A DNA stretch of 63,947 bases, counting the filler, from Octopus bimaculoides (taxonomy: Eukaryota): NCBI RefSeq assembly GCF_001194135.2. It is 7 parts of 7 records of this genome, joined end to end, with 100 filler letters (N's around TTAATTAATTAA, not from the genome) between each part and the next. Parts side by side here need not be neighbours in the genome. Positions count along the whole stretch, not along the records: positions 1 to 15,581 come from NC_068985.1; positions 15,682 to 45,319 come from NC_068986.1; 5 more parts are not named here. The stretch is one strand, 5' to 3'. Positions 14,209 to 28,536 of this stretch are shown one piece after another (position 1 is the stretch's first letter; the number at the start of each line of letters is the position of its first letter). Made by a program: the position numbers and the translations under genes. The notes beneath the pieces are model-generated. The model had not been told where the DNA came from and did not search any database. It saw only the letters and a program-made list of their open reading frames with translations.

Positions 14209-15581
14209 TAACCTATTTATGTTTTATAGCGAAACGGTTAAGCGCCAGAGAAAAGTCGTGTCTATGGTTAACCCTTGGCTCATAGTTTGTTTGGTTTTTT
14301 TTTTTCTGTTGTTCACACTACGTCCTGCAAAGGCCATGAACTTTGCTCAACCTCTTCTGATTGGCACTCGTGGGCTTCTATTTGGACTGAAATATCCGAG
14401 CTGGAAACAGCTTGGGAAAAATTTCTCCTGTGACTGTCAACGACACTATATTAGAATCTATTTTACAGTCGTCACTGCTCTCGCTGCTGGTTTTAGAATT
14501 GCACGCTTAAACATACAGACGAATATAAATGTGTGTGTGTATGTTTGTGTGCGTGTGTTTTGTATGTATATACATGAACTTGCAAATATATGTGTGTGTA
14601 TATGAATATGAATGCTATGTGTGTGTGTGTTTATATATCCTAGTTTAACTCTTTGGATATTATCAGCTTTTCAGTTGCTGTTGCAGTTCCTGTTGTTACA
14701 GCATATTTTTTTTTCTTTGTGAGTGCAGCTGTTGCTTCAAACATCGATCTTGTTTTTCTTTGCTGCCGATGTTCTTATCGGAGTTGTTTACATAATTCTC
14801 ATTATTATTATTGGTTTTGTAGCTGATAAGTGTTCATGTTGTTGTTGTTGTTGTTTGTTTGTTTCTTTCTTGTTGCTGTTGTTGTTGTCTTTGTTGTTGT
14901 GATGCTGCATTTAACGTTGTTGCCCACATTGCTATCTCCACCATAACTGCCAGCATGGGAAACGCTTGCAAAAGGAAAATTCTCAAAACAACTTCCATAT
15001 TGTTCTTTCGTGTAGAACTCTTCGCATCACACTTGTCTTCTCTTTTCTCTATCTATCATGGAACTCATTTAAAGTTTTGCTGCGTCAAACATCTTTGGAG
15101 AGTAAACAAAAAAAAACTAAATCAACCCATTATAAGGGTATATGACTTGCTTCGGTATTCTGTGTATGTTTATCAAAATTTTCTATGTGAAAAAATCATA
15201 GTTTCATCGCAAAGATATGAATTTTACATAACTTTTATTTCCCTCCGTGTAGGATTCAACGTTAGTATGGCCATGCGTACAAAGATTCAAATATATGTAC
15301 ATACACAAACATACATAAATATACATTTACATATACACTCATGTACATATATATATATATATATATATAGGTATGTATTTATTTACATGTACACGCACAC
15401 ACTACACACACACATACTTAGATAGATAAATAGATATACGTACATGTACATACTCCCATGTTGGAGCTATCTTTTACAGTTAAAAGCTCCAATTCTTTCT
15501 TATCGTAAGATATCAAAGACTGAAACAGATGCACATGCACATGCAAACGTACAGATATATATATACATATATATATATATA

Positions 15582-15681
15582 NNNNNNNNNNNNNNNNNNN
15601 NNNNNNNNNNNNNNNNNNNNNNNNNTTAATTAATTAANNNNNNNNNNNNNNNNNNNNNNNNNNNNNNNNNNNNNNNNNNNN
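15582..15681. other. Artificial scaffold spacer N44-TTAATTAATTAA-N44 (first of six)
   Basis: Exactly 100 bp each; the 12-mers are at 15626, 45364, 47830, 50041, 54519 and 61742. Confidence 0.97.
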
Positions 15682-15783
15682 ACATCAACTATCCGTTTGT
15701 GGTGCAAGGCATCTTTTTTTTTCTTTTCTGTATTTTCTTTTTTGAAAATCGAAGCGAGGCGTGGGACAAAAGACTGAGAAACA

Positions 15784-15824
<41 letters not shown>

Positions 15825-15844
15825 GCACGCACATACACGCACAC

Positions 15845-16985
15845 TAGGTTGGCAGATAAATTCGTTTCTTTCCAACGTTATTTGAACTAACACTAAAAAT
15901 ATTCATTTTGTTGTGTTTTAATGGTTCTTTTTTGTGGCTCTGTTCTTCCTCTACAACTTTTGTTACCTTTTCCAGACCGTACAATTAATAATGACGATGA
16001 GTGCAAAGTTAAAAAAACAAAAAAGAGCATTTTCACCACCTATTTCTCTTCGTTTTCAACCAAGATTCCACAACTGGCAAAGCTGTTCGAGACATAACTG
16101 CTGTGAACAGAGAAGGGGATGTTACTGAAAGAATTACACAGAAAAGCTTTTCACACTTCAAAGAGGGGAAACTCGACCTCACAGACTCTTCACGTTCCGA
16201 CCACAGAAGGATTAAATGCATCCACGAAGATCTGCATCAATCCACTTAGGAACTGGCCCAGCAGAGAGGATGTTCTTATGATACTGTTACCCGTCCTCTT
16301 CGCTCAGTGAGTAAGGTTCAAACAACTCGATGCATGGGTGCCACATGCTCTGAACGGAAGGCATAAACTCCAGCACTCCCTTATCGCCGGCAGTCTGCTC
16401 GCTCGACACCAGGATACTCGTGGACACAAACAGAGATTTCNNNNNNNNNNNNNNNNNNNNNNNNNNNNNNNNNNNNNNNNNNNNNNNNNNNNNNNNNNNN
16501 NNNNNNNNNNNNNNNNNNNNNNNNNNNNCAATGATCTACGTTTGGTGGTACTGAAAAGGGACAATCCACTATGAAATGCAGAGCTTTACGTTCACCAAAT
16601 GCACCGGTTCAATGAGGTAATCCAACTGAAATGGCCCATCCGGCAACATGGCGTGCTTTTTCAACACGACAACAATCGTCCTCATGTGGTTAATTTGACC
16701 AAAAATGCTATTGAAGAACTCAGTTGGGAAGGTCTATCGCACCCATCGTATTCTCCTGATATAAAACCTTCAGACTTATCACCTTTTTGGTCGCTCTCCA
16801 ACAGTCTGCGAGGAGTTTCGTTCAACAACAGCGGGGAGCTGAAAACGAAGCTGGATGTATTCTTCGAGTCAAGACCTGGGGATTTCTACCGTCATTGACC
16901 AGGGAGTGGAAAACTGGCACGAAATCGTGAACAATAAAGGAGAATATATTACTAACTATTTGTTAAAATTGTTGATGAAATCCAA
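15845..16985 (+). mobile_element. Decayed mariner (DD34D) transposon
   Basis: TA followed by GGTTGGCAGATAA (Himar1-like left TIR) at 15845. Transposase motifs WVPHAL (16329), HDNNRPH and HPSYSPDIKPSD (ORF 16599-16898). Frameshifted and interrupted by a gap; no right TIR seen. Confidence 0.92.
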
Positions 16986-17049
16986 TATCTTTACATTAGG
17001 GCTTATATGTGGTAGTGGTGGAGGTGCCATGGACGTCAGTGTTTGATAT

Positions 17050-17755
17050 TTTGTGCTATCGACTTCCACGGAATTCGAACTCAAATGCGGCAAAACATTT
17101 TGTACGACGTTCCTAAGATAGAGCCAAACGAAGAGGCCTCAATATGATAAGGACTAGATTTACTAAAAATAGCAACTTAATCTCCCTCAAATCATTCAAT
17201 ACTTCATTTAAAAAGAAATCTGATGGATATAGTGTAAGAAACTGTCTGAAAAGATGGGACGGTCACAGGTGAAGCGTCTGATGATAGGACTGTTTGACAA
17301 GGGCAGACCACAACAGAGTAAAATATTGTTTTTATTTAGAAGGCCAGCAAGTTTGAGAGGAGAGGGTTAAGCCTATACCATCGACCCCAGTACTTGCCTG
17401 GTGCTTTATTTTATCGATCCTAGAGGGACGAAAGGCGAAGATGACTTCGGTGAAATCTGAACTCAAAATCTAAGGAACCGGAACAAATATAGCAAGGCAT
17501 TTTATTTCCGACACTAGAACGATTCTGCCAGTTACTCGCTGCCCTACAACAGGCTGAAACATTTCTAATTTTGGCACAAGGCCAGCAATTTCGATTAGAC
17601 CGATCCAGTATGCCACTGGTACTTACTTTATCGACCCCGAAGGATGAAAGGCTAAGTCGACGTCGGCGGAATTTGAACTCAGAACATAAAGACAGACGAA
17701 ATACTGCTAAACATTTCGCCCGGCGTGCTAACGCTTCTACCAGCTTGCCGCCCCG
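17050..17755 (-). mobile_element. Cluster of three SINE family B copies/fragments
   Basis: Units at ~17050-17135, ~17365-17545 and ~17595-17755 match the reverse complement of family B (GAACTCAGAA, TTTATCGACCCC, TTCTGCCAGCTCGCCGCC-like). Confidence 0.8.
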
Positions 17756-18317
17756 CAACAAGCTAAAATATTATAAAAAAATATTTCGATATTTTAATAA
17801 AGCTCTCTCTCTCTTTCTCTCTCTGATACTGACAGCCAACAATCTAATATAAATGACTATTAGAATTAGTGACCAATATTATATTTTATTAAAATTTCAG
17901 CTGTCAGTTTTATTGTGTTTAGTTCATATTGTGAGCAAATGAAATCTAAAACACGGCAGCATTGAGGTGTGACATTGTACTATGTTACAAATAACCAGAT
18001 TAGTTCATCCTGGTGACTGGAGTGTGACATCTCATTTTGTTACACATTTGTAGACCAGTCTATCCAGCTAGAGGTAGGTGACTGAGGTGTGACACCATTA
18101 TAACACAATAGAATAACCTAGACAAATACAGGTTTATGAAGTACCATACATCATAAAATTCTTGATTTATTAAAATTATCTCCATTTCAAGAAGACTGTG
18201 TCAATAATTACCGAATGGCAATTAAGACCCGCCCCTCTTGAGAAGGGTGATAATCTCATGAATCAAGAATTGACATGCCATTAAGGAAATGGACAGGTTT
18301 ATCGCCAGAAGAGAACA

Positions 18318-18362
18318 GTCGTAGGCACGTGTTTCTGTCTCAATAGCTGCCATCAGCACAGC
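18318..18362 (-). pseudogene. Possible decayed hammerhead relic
   Basis: GCUGUG CUGAUGG CAGCU-AUUG-AGACA GAA ACACGUGC C UACGAC; A9, U16.1 and stem II are mutated. Confidence 0.35.
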
Positions 18363-19271
18363 GATTATCTCCAGTAGCTAAGGGACTTAGACGTATAAAA
18401 AAACAGAGTACACATTAATGGCCCAAGTAATTTGCATAATTCATATAAAAAAGTGAACTAAGATAAGTAATTCTAGGTGGCCAGTGGCACGTGTTTAAAC
18501 GACAGACAAATACATGTGTTTAACAAGAGAGAGACTTTGGTGGAGATTGCAATTAAAACGCAGGTCAATCTTTATAGAATCTGATTTGAGAGGAGGGGAA
18601 CAGAAGACAGTCTGAAGTGTAACTAGGACCGACCTTTCGAATAGAAGAAGTGGTTCAAATTAGCTAGAAACAACAGGTAAAACTTCTATCGATTCACACG
18701 CTTGTTTTAAAAATAAAATATTATTGGGTTATGTAATTCTAGACTAAAAGGTGGGATGGTCTCAGTTGGACCAGCTTCGATTACAGGTCTGGTGGATGAG
18801 AGCCGACAAGGAGTTAAACGACATGAGAACTTCTATCCAAACATCTGTGACACCGAGGAATGGTCGAACAGAGTAAAACGCTAAAGATTCTACTCATCCT
18901 AGACTGAAATAGCACCGACAAAATCGGAATGCAGACGTGTAAATAACCGTGTATATTAAAGGCGCTTACGAAATGCCAAACAGCTAAATATATTAAAGAT
19001 CACCAGATAAATAAACCCAAACCGGGTAAATAAACATGTTAACAAGCAACAAATAGACACGACGACGGATATACGGGTAAATAAATATTTTAATGAACAC
19101 CGGGTAAATAAACAAACGGTTATCAAGCAATACAATACCTGAATATGGCTATTTAAGCTGGAATCTAGTAAATAGACACTTGTAAGGGTAAATAAACAAA
19201 TGCACAGTTATTAATAGTGTTATTTTGGTTAACGTGCCCATAGCTTTTTCAGCCCTCATTCATGGAGTGAT

Positions 19272-19303
<32 letters not shown>

Positions 19304-19638
19304 GTTGGTTAACTTTCGGCTCTTAGCAAAACAATTGACGCCAGTGTGACAGAGAAGCCGGATGGTGAGTGTAATAGAATAAATTAAGTCATGGCCGAGC
19401 GTGAAGGATGGTGAGACAATGGCAAGAGCAACAACACCATGGCTAGTGAGAGAGTAGAGAGCAGAGTTAACTAGGGACAGATGGACAATGGACGAAGTTT
19501 ATCCAGGTGGATCACCAAAGCGTGCAAAGGGACACACGTACTGACTCTCAAAAGGCGCAGCGTACTGTTTACATATCAGGGAAAATGTACTTGTTATAGA
19601 GCACAAGCACCCTCACCCACAAGAATATCTGGCAAATA

Positions 19639-19974
19639 TTCTTTTACTTGTTTCAGTCATTTGACTGCGGCCATGCTGGAGCACTGCATTTAGTCGAGCA
19701 AATCGATCCCAGGACTTATTCTTTGTAAGCCTAGCACTTATTCTATCGGTCTCTTCTACCGAACCGCTTGGTTACGGGGACGTAAACACCAGCATCGGTT
19801 GTCAAGCGATGTTTGGGGGAACAAACACAAACACACTCACATCTATATATATACATATATACGACGGGCTTCTTTCAGTTTCCGTCTACCAAATCCACTC
19901 ACTAGGCTTTTGTCGGCCCGAGGCTATAGTAGCCCAAGGTGCTACGCAGTGGGACTGAACCCAGGACCATGCGT
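19639..19974 (-). mobile_element. tRNA-derived SINE family C with an internal (CA/TA)n tract
   Basis: Shared blocks GACTGCGGCCATGCTGGAGCAC, CCGAACCGCT, GACGGGCTTCTTTCAGTTTCCG and CCCAAGGTG. Head is cut by a gap. Confidence 0.9.
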
Positions 19975-21011
19975 NNNNNNNNNNNNNNNNNNNNNNNNNN
20001 NNNNNNNNNNNNNNNNNNNNNNNNNNNNNNNNNNNNNNNNNNNNNNNNNNNNNNNNNNNNNNNNNNNNNNNNNNNNNNNNNNNNNNNNNNNNNNNNNNNN
20101 NNNNNNNNNNNNNNNNNNNNNNNNNNNNNNNNNNNNNNNNNNNNNNNNNNNNNNNNNNNNNNNNNNNNNNNNNNNNNNNNNNNNNNNNNNNNNNNNNNNN
20201 NNNNNNNNNNNNNNNNNNNNNNNNNNNNNNNNNNNNNNNNNNNNNNNNNNNNNNNNNNNNNNNNNNNNNNNNNNNNNNNNNNNNNNNNNNNNNNNNNNNN
20301 NNNNNNNNNNNNNNNNNNNNNNNNNNNNNNNNNNNNNNNNNNNNNNNNNNNNNNNNNNNNNNNNNNNNNNNNNNNNNNNNNNNNNNNNNNNNNNNNNNNN
20401 NNNNNNNNNNNNNNNNNNNNNNNNNNNNNNNNNNNNNNNNNNNNNNNNNNNNNNNNNNNNNNNNNNNNNNNNNNNNNNNNNNNNNNNNNNNNNNNNNNNN
20501 NNNNNGAGAGAGAGAGAGAGAGAGAGAGAGTTGCCGCTTTCGTGAAGCAAGAGCTGGAAGTCGATTTAAACCGATGTCAGTATTTGATTGCTACTTAAAG
20601 GCGAGGCGGGGCCTTCAGAAACGTTAGGGGGCCGGGCGACTTTGCCTTTTATCCTTTCGGGGTCGATAAATTAAGTACCAGTTGCATACTGGGGTCAATC
20701 TAATCGACTGGCCCTCTCCTAATTTCAGGCCTTGTGCTTACTTTACTTTATCGAACCCGGAAGGAAAAAAGACAAAGTCGACCGGAATACATTTTGTTCG
20801 ACGCACCAACGATTCTGCTAACTCATTATCGATGATTATTTTTAATGATAGATCTAGGAATGTTTGAGCAAACAACAATATTAGACTACGTAAAGTTTGT
20901 TAATTAAGGAATTGAAGTCATTATGGTAATTAAGTAATGTATCCGTCATCCCGTTTGCGTTTGGCACAACTAGAATAACACACAAACAATTCAGTTTTAT
21001 TGTTACAGAAA

Positions 21012-21470
21012 AGTGATACTGAGGCAGACGTGAACTCGAGAATCGAACGCGCAGCAGCAGTGTTCAGAGGAACGAACAAGATATGCGCCAGCACTTCGAC
21101 TAACAACCGTATCAAGATTCTGCTGCACTAGAGCATTGTCTTTCCAACAGCAGTTTATGCAGGAAAAACTTGGGAAATATCTGCCAAGATCGCTCATAGG
21201 CTGGATGCATTCCACCAATGGTGTCTAAACAGAATAGTCAAGATCATCTTCAGGGATTGAATCACAAACTTTGAAGTCCAGAGAGGAGCCAATCTGCACA
21301 TCCTGCAAGAGATTGTGGCGAGAAGAATAATGAGACTTGCAGGTTATGATTTTCCAACTGCCAGAAGAATGAATACTCAATACAATTATTCAATGTGCAT
21401 AACCAGAAGGACGGAGAAAGGGCGGGAGACGTAGAAAACATGGCGCACTACATTCAACGAAGATGCAGAC
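21012..21470 (+). mobile_element. Decayed RTE LINE C-terminal region
   Basis: DVNSRIERAAAVF...TAVYAGKTW...RLDAFHQWCLNRIVKI...ITNFEV...RRIMRLAGY, with in-frame stops. Confidence 0.85.
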
Positions 21471-23021
21471 GGCAATGCTCAAAAACCGGGATTACATAGG
21501 AACAATCCAAATAAAAGAGCAATGTTAGGATCTTTCATAGCATTTGGTAACCCTGTAGTGTTATGTTTGATTTCTAAGATGTACCAAATTATGTAATGAA
21601 AACTTTTGTAGTTCTTAAGACATGGATAATGAAGAGTTTTAACAGACACAGGACCACATATTTCTAAGAAAGAGGCAAAATCAATCGAATCAACGTAAAA
21701 GAACATAATACTCCAAGATATTTCGTCTGAACTTTCCCGATTCTGACAAGGTCAACCATTCCTAAAACATACAGATTAATACTAGGTGAATAACCACATA
21801 GGCATAGAACATAGCTGCATTGATATGACAAAAGAAAGGTTAAATAGCCATACTGATAAAGCGATGAGGCACATTTCCACACCAATACAAGAACAAGGCA
21901 AATAGCTACGCCAAGAAACCAACGGGGTAAATAGCCTCATGGATACTGATAAGACAAGTTCCAAGTTCATATCCCGCTAAAGTCAGTTCGTATCTATTTA
22001 TTGTCTGTTTATACATGAAGCATGCATATGAAGTGGTGGCAAGAAAGTGTTAAATGTTAAGAAGTTCGCCTCGCAGTTTTGATGCATTTTGATCTTTTGC
22101 GGGCCATTTCAGGGCAAGTGACTTCTACCAAAGGCTTAGGTCAACTCAAGCCTCCTGAGTGAAATTGAGTCAATGGAAACTATAAAGAAGTCTACCAGAT
22201 GGATTATATAAGGAATTCAAAGAGCCAGCCTTGTCACACCGATCACCGTCACGCTGATTCGTTCAGACAATTTGCGCTGACGATACATACACATGGCTGG
22301 GCAATATTCAGTCATTCCTGTGCTAATTCAAGTGATCGTCGAAACCGATGGAAACCCATTTGCAGATGGCGAATATCTCAGTGAAAAATGTATTTATTTA
22401 CTACATCATTGATACTTGTTTTATCGACCCTGAAGAGATGAAAGCAATCTTTCAACCTTAAATAGCGAGAGAGAGAGAATGAGAGACAGAGAAAGATAGA
22501 GAAGGAGAAGGAGAGAGAGAGAGAGAGAGGGGGGGGAACAGACAAAGCTAAGGACATCAAAGTGACATTTAGTCCAAACCGCCACCATTATTCTCACCCT
22601 ACTTCTCCACCGTTAATTATTATTGCATCAAAAACGGAAATCAGACAAAAACCAAGTAACACCATTGTTGTACATAATTGGTTGAAATTAGTCTATATAC
22701 ATCGTCACCCTCTGTCTCCCTGTCTCTCTCTCTCTCTTCTTTCCCTTATGTTTCTCCTTCTTTCTTTCTCTCTCTCTGTCATCTACCTTAACTTGTTATC
22801 CCACTCTTCACCCAGCACTAAATGCAAGTCATCCATTGTTACAACTGGTTTTAAACTGAACCATATATGGAACATCGTTTGTGTTTTATAGAAGCAAAAC
22901 GATATTAGATTTTTATGTGGTTTTACACACACAATATACATATTTAAACTTACATATTAAACTTGGATCTACTCAGAAAATCTCTATATTCTATATATAA
23001 ATCAACACGTCATAATAATAA

Positions 23022-23092
<71 letters not shown>

Positions 23093-23634
23093 CACACACT
23101 TCTAGAAAATATGAATATAATAAAAACAAAATGAAAAAAGGTCATTAAAAGATCAACCCCGTTTTGTGTGTCATGCATTGTGCGTCTAGACCGCTGGTTC
23201 ATATATATACATATATAAACATATACATACACACCTTTGTCGCGGTCTGTATTGAATAAGCGAGTATTTATTACAGTTTAGGGAGGACAACGCTCTCTGA
23301 AGAAACCGCTGTCACTGAGTAATAAACCTTTGGTCGGGAGTGGAAACAGAAACTGAGGTTTATCAAACACACACACGTACACAGAACAACAACAGCAACA
23401 GTTAATTTGTGTTGTAAAACTGCACTCAACTGAAGATTTATCCAGGTTATTAGTAAACAAAAACTTTCTGGCGATCTTTTGGGAACCGAAAGTGTAAGAT
23501 TTAAAAAACAAAAAAAACAACTGAATCGTTAATAATCGTCAAAATTAAATCGACCTGATATAAAAAAAAACGATAAGAATTGTGATCTTTGACACAGTGT
23601 AAAATGTGATTTATTATTGTTATGAGGGTGGTGT

Positions 23635-25720
<2,086 letters not shown>

Positions 25721-25833
25721 AAGAGATCCATGTTTTTCAATCCTTTGACAAGAAGTCAGTTGATTTACGAGCAAAACAGAGGTCAGCCTTAATTCACATC
25801 AACAACAATCTTAGTTTCCAAATAAGAAATAAA

Positions 25834-26113
25834 TAAAGATTGTCTGCCAGCATAACATGGCAGTCCAGGTTTAGAACTAATGTTGCTGTAATTTAGCCCC
25901 AGCAGACATAATCTCCAGCTGGCATACGACACGATCTGCGTTCTTACATTTTCGTACAAGGGAATCTAGCACCCCCACTCATTCTCTTGTTCGAAAATAT
26001 AAGGACACAGATCGTGTCGTATAGCCAGCTGGAAACGATGTCTCCTGGGGCTAAATTACAGCAACAGTCGTCCTAAACCAGGACTGCCATGTTATGTTGG
26101 CAGACAATCTTTA
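25834..26113. mobile_element. Fold-back MITE, ~132-bp arms with a 15-nt loop
   Basis: 25834-25965 is the reverse complement of 25981-26113 with ~15 differences counted by eye; outer ends are TA. Confidence 0.85.
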
Positions 26114-26605
26114 CCCCAAAGTACTGTTACTGAATATCTCTCATTGTGATATCTAAAAATAGTAATTTTCTAAGAATAAATATTTTGAAAGCCGACGTCC
26201 ATTACTCAAAGTAGAAAACATGGCAAGTAGACTGAGAGATCAAGTTTCAAATTTTGGTCGGACATGCCGTAAAATAAACTTTTAGTTTCATATTGTTATG
26301 TTTTAATTGTTTCAGTCACTGGAATGCGGCCATGCTGGGACATCACCTTCAAACAAATCGACTCCAGTACTTATTCTTTCAAAAGTAAGGGACTTATTTT
26401 ATCGATCACTTTCTCCGAAAGGCTATGTTATGGAAGCGCAAATAAACCAACATCGGTTATCAAGTGGTGTGGTCACGCACACACGCATATATATGCGGTT
26501 GAGTGTGTGCGAGTATGTTTGTTCAGCTCTGTTGAGCAGGAGAAGAATTTTTACACATCCACTCATGACGTCATAGTCTTTAACTGAAAGATTCCCATGT
26601 ATGTA

Positions 26606-26651
<46 letters not shown>

Positions 26652-26843
26652 CATATAAATGTTCATAAATAGAAAGGTATACAAGAAATTTCCTGGGATG
26701 CAGATAAGAATGTTTTTTAAAAAAAAAAGCAAGGGAGATAACTCTAGTAAGAGCAGCTGATCAAAATTAACGAGCAATGTTGACAATGTGGATAGAGTAG
26801 ATCAGACTTTTAAAACTAACCGGATGATGGGGATGGGTGACAG

Positions 26844-26884
26844 CAACGAACATGTTTCAGTCTAATTAAACCTCGTCAGCGATG
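26844..26884 (-). ncRNA. Minimal type-I hammerhead ribozyme motif (intronic, sense to the gene)
   Basis: CAUCG CUGACGA GGUUU-AAUU-AGACU GAA ACAUGU U CGUUG. Intact core, 5-bp stem II with two G-U pairs, palindromic stem III, stem I 4/5 paired. Predicted cut GUU between 26849 and 26848. Confidence 0.7.
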
Positions 26885-27343
26885 TGAGATGTTAGCAAGA
26901 TTTAGAGTGATCATCAATAAATGCAAAAATTGAAGCAATGCAAATGTGTTGATTACATATATCAAGAACAGGACTGAAGGAAAATACCCCAAGGAAGTGC
27001 TTGGGGTACATACATACACACATACATGTACGTACGTACTTACACATACACATACATACATATGGTAGGGTTGCACATATGTTAAAGAGAATTACGTTAA
27101 AAATTTCGATTTCTTGAGATTAAGTTTGAAACTGAGAACACTAGAATTTTATGCAGAACGCTTTGTTTCTTAGGGAGGGCCAAGACCAAGTATACAATGG
27201 AGAAGGGTCATTCTGATGTGTTCTATAAATTTCGGTTAATCTAAACGTGCTCATCTGTGTTGTACGCATTTGGAACAAGTGCATCAGGTTTCAATTTTCA
27301 CCAAACATCTGTTTATATTATATATATATATATATCATCTTCA

Positions 27344-27525
27344 TCATTCAACGTCAGTTTTCTATACTGGCATGGGTTCGACGGTTCAACTGGGGTCTGG
27401 GAAGTTAGGAGGCTGCATTAGGCCCCAATCTGATCTGGCAGTATTTCTACACCTAGATGCCCTTCCTAACGCCAACCACTCCGAGAGTGTAGTGGGTGCT
27501 TTTTACGTGCCACCGGCACGGGAGC
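27344..27525 (-). mobile_element. 3' tail of an RTE-type LINE/SINE with a (GAT)n end
   Basis: Shares ATACTGGCATGGGTT and TAACGCCAACCACT with a second copy at ~41420-41620; both start with (CAT)n on the plus strand. The RTE assignment is inference. Confidence 0.6.
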
Positions 27526-27526
27526 C

Positions 27527-27561
<35 letters not shown>

Positions 27562-28363
27562 NNNNNNNNNNNNNNNNNNNNNNNNNNNNNNNNNNNNNNN
27601 NNNNNNNNNNNNNNNNNNNNNNNNNNNNNNNNNNNNNNNNNNNNAGGTAGCTCCTGTGGAGGGCTCTTCATTGGGCCTTGGGCCCAACAATCACACTTAA
27701 TGCATTGAGTACATATTAAATTTTATTAAACTTAAACAATATTTTTCAGACAATGAACAATTTTCATCAAAACAATGGCATAATTTGTCGACTTGGAACT
27801 TATTGCAAAGCTGCATGATAAACAACAGTACTACCACCATCGCCACCACATCTGCCATACACACACCATTCAGACTTCTGACGCCACCACCATCAATACT
27901 TTTGGACTTCGCCGCCTTCCCCTCCACCATCACCAGTCTTTCACGTCACTTACACTCACCATCGTCCCTGACAACTACCACCACCACCACCACCACTACC
28001 ACCGCCGCCTCTATCACAACTACAGCTCATACTATTACTATTACCCCATTACCATCACAGTGTTCAGTTCCCCTTTCTCTCACTCTCTTATTGTTACTCC
28101 CACTGCCACCATCAACATTACTACTTTTAATAAAAACATCATTAACTCTACCTGAATTCATTTCTCTCTTTCTTTCCTTCTCTTTTTCTTTCTCTCTGTC
28201 TGTCTTCACCACTGCCCTCACCATCACTATATCTACTATTACTCTCATCCCAGCATGAGCAATAGTAAGAGAGTCAATGAATAGTGAGAGAGGGGGGGGT
28301 CAAAGTGTGACACACTGACACAGATATTAATTTTCGCATTTATTATATTAGATATATATAGGT

Positions 28364-28401
<38 letters not shown>

Positions 28402-28536
28402 ATAGAAAGAGAGAAAAGTGGGTTATGAAAGCTGAAGATGAAAATATTGATCAAAATGAAATCTTAACAAAAAGCCGAAACACTTTCATTTTTACAAAAT
28501 AACTGAAGAAATGTGGAACTCTAGATAATAACTTAC

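Noticed and set aside
15626-15637. TTAATTAATTAA as a homeodomain site or piggyBac TTAA footprint
   Set aside because: Always centred in exactly 44+44 N; an artificial spacer.
21480-21970. LTR integrase or other coding relic (also 8500-9420, 52080-52300 and 60470-61100)
   Set aside because: Trial translations gave no motif I could defend; needs a tBLASTx/Dfam search.
27785-28258. Thr/His-rich ORFs just inside the intron
   Set aside because: Low-complexity (ACC/CAT)n sequence with no splice or domain support.
28451-28536. C-terminal GKLLSRVPHFFSYFVKMKVFRLFVKISF of the 346-aa ORF
   Set aside because: Lies after a consensus GTAAGT donor directly following the last domain Cys; most likely intron read-through.
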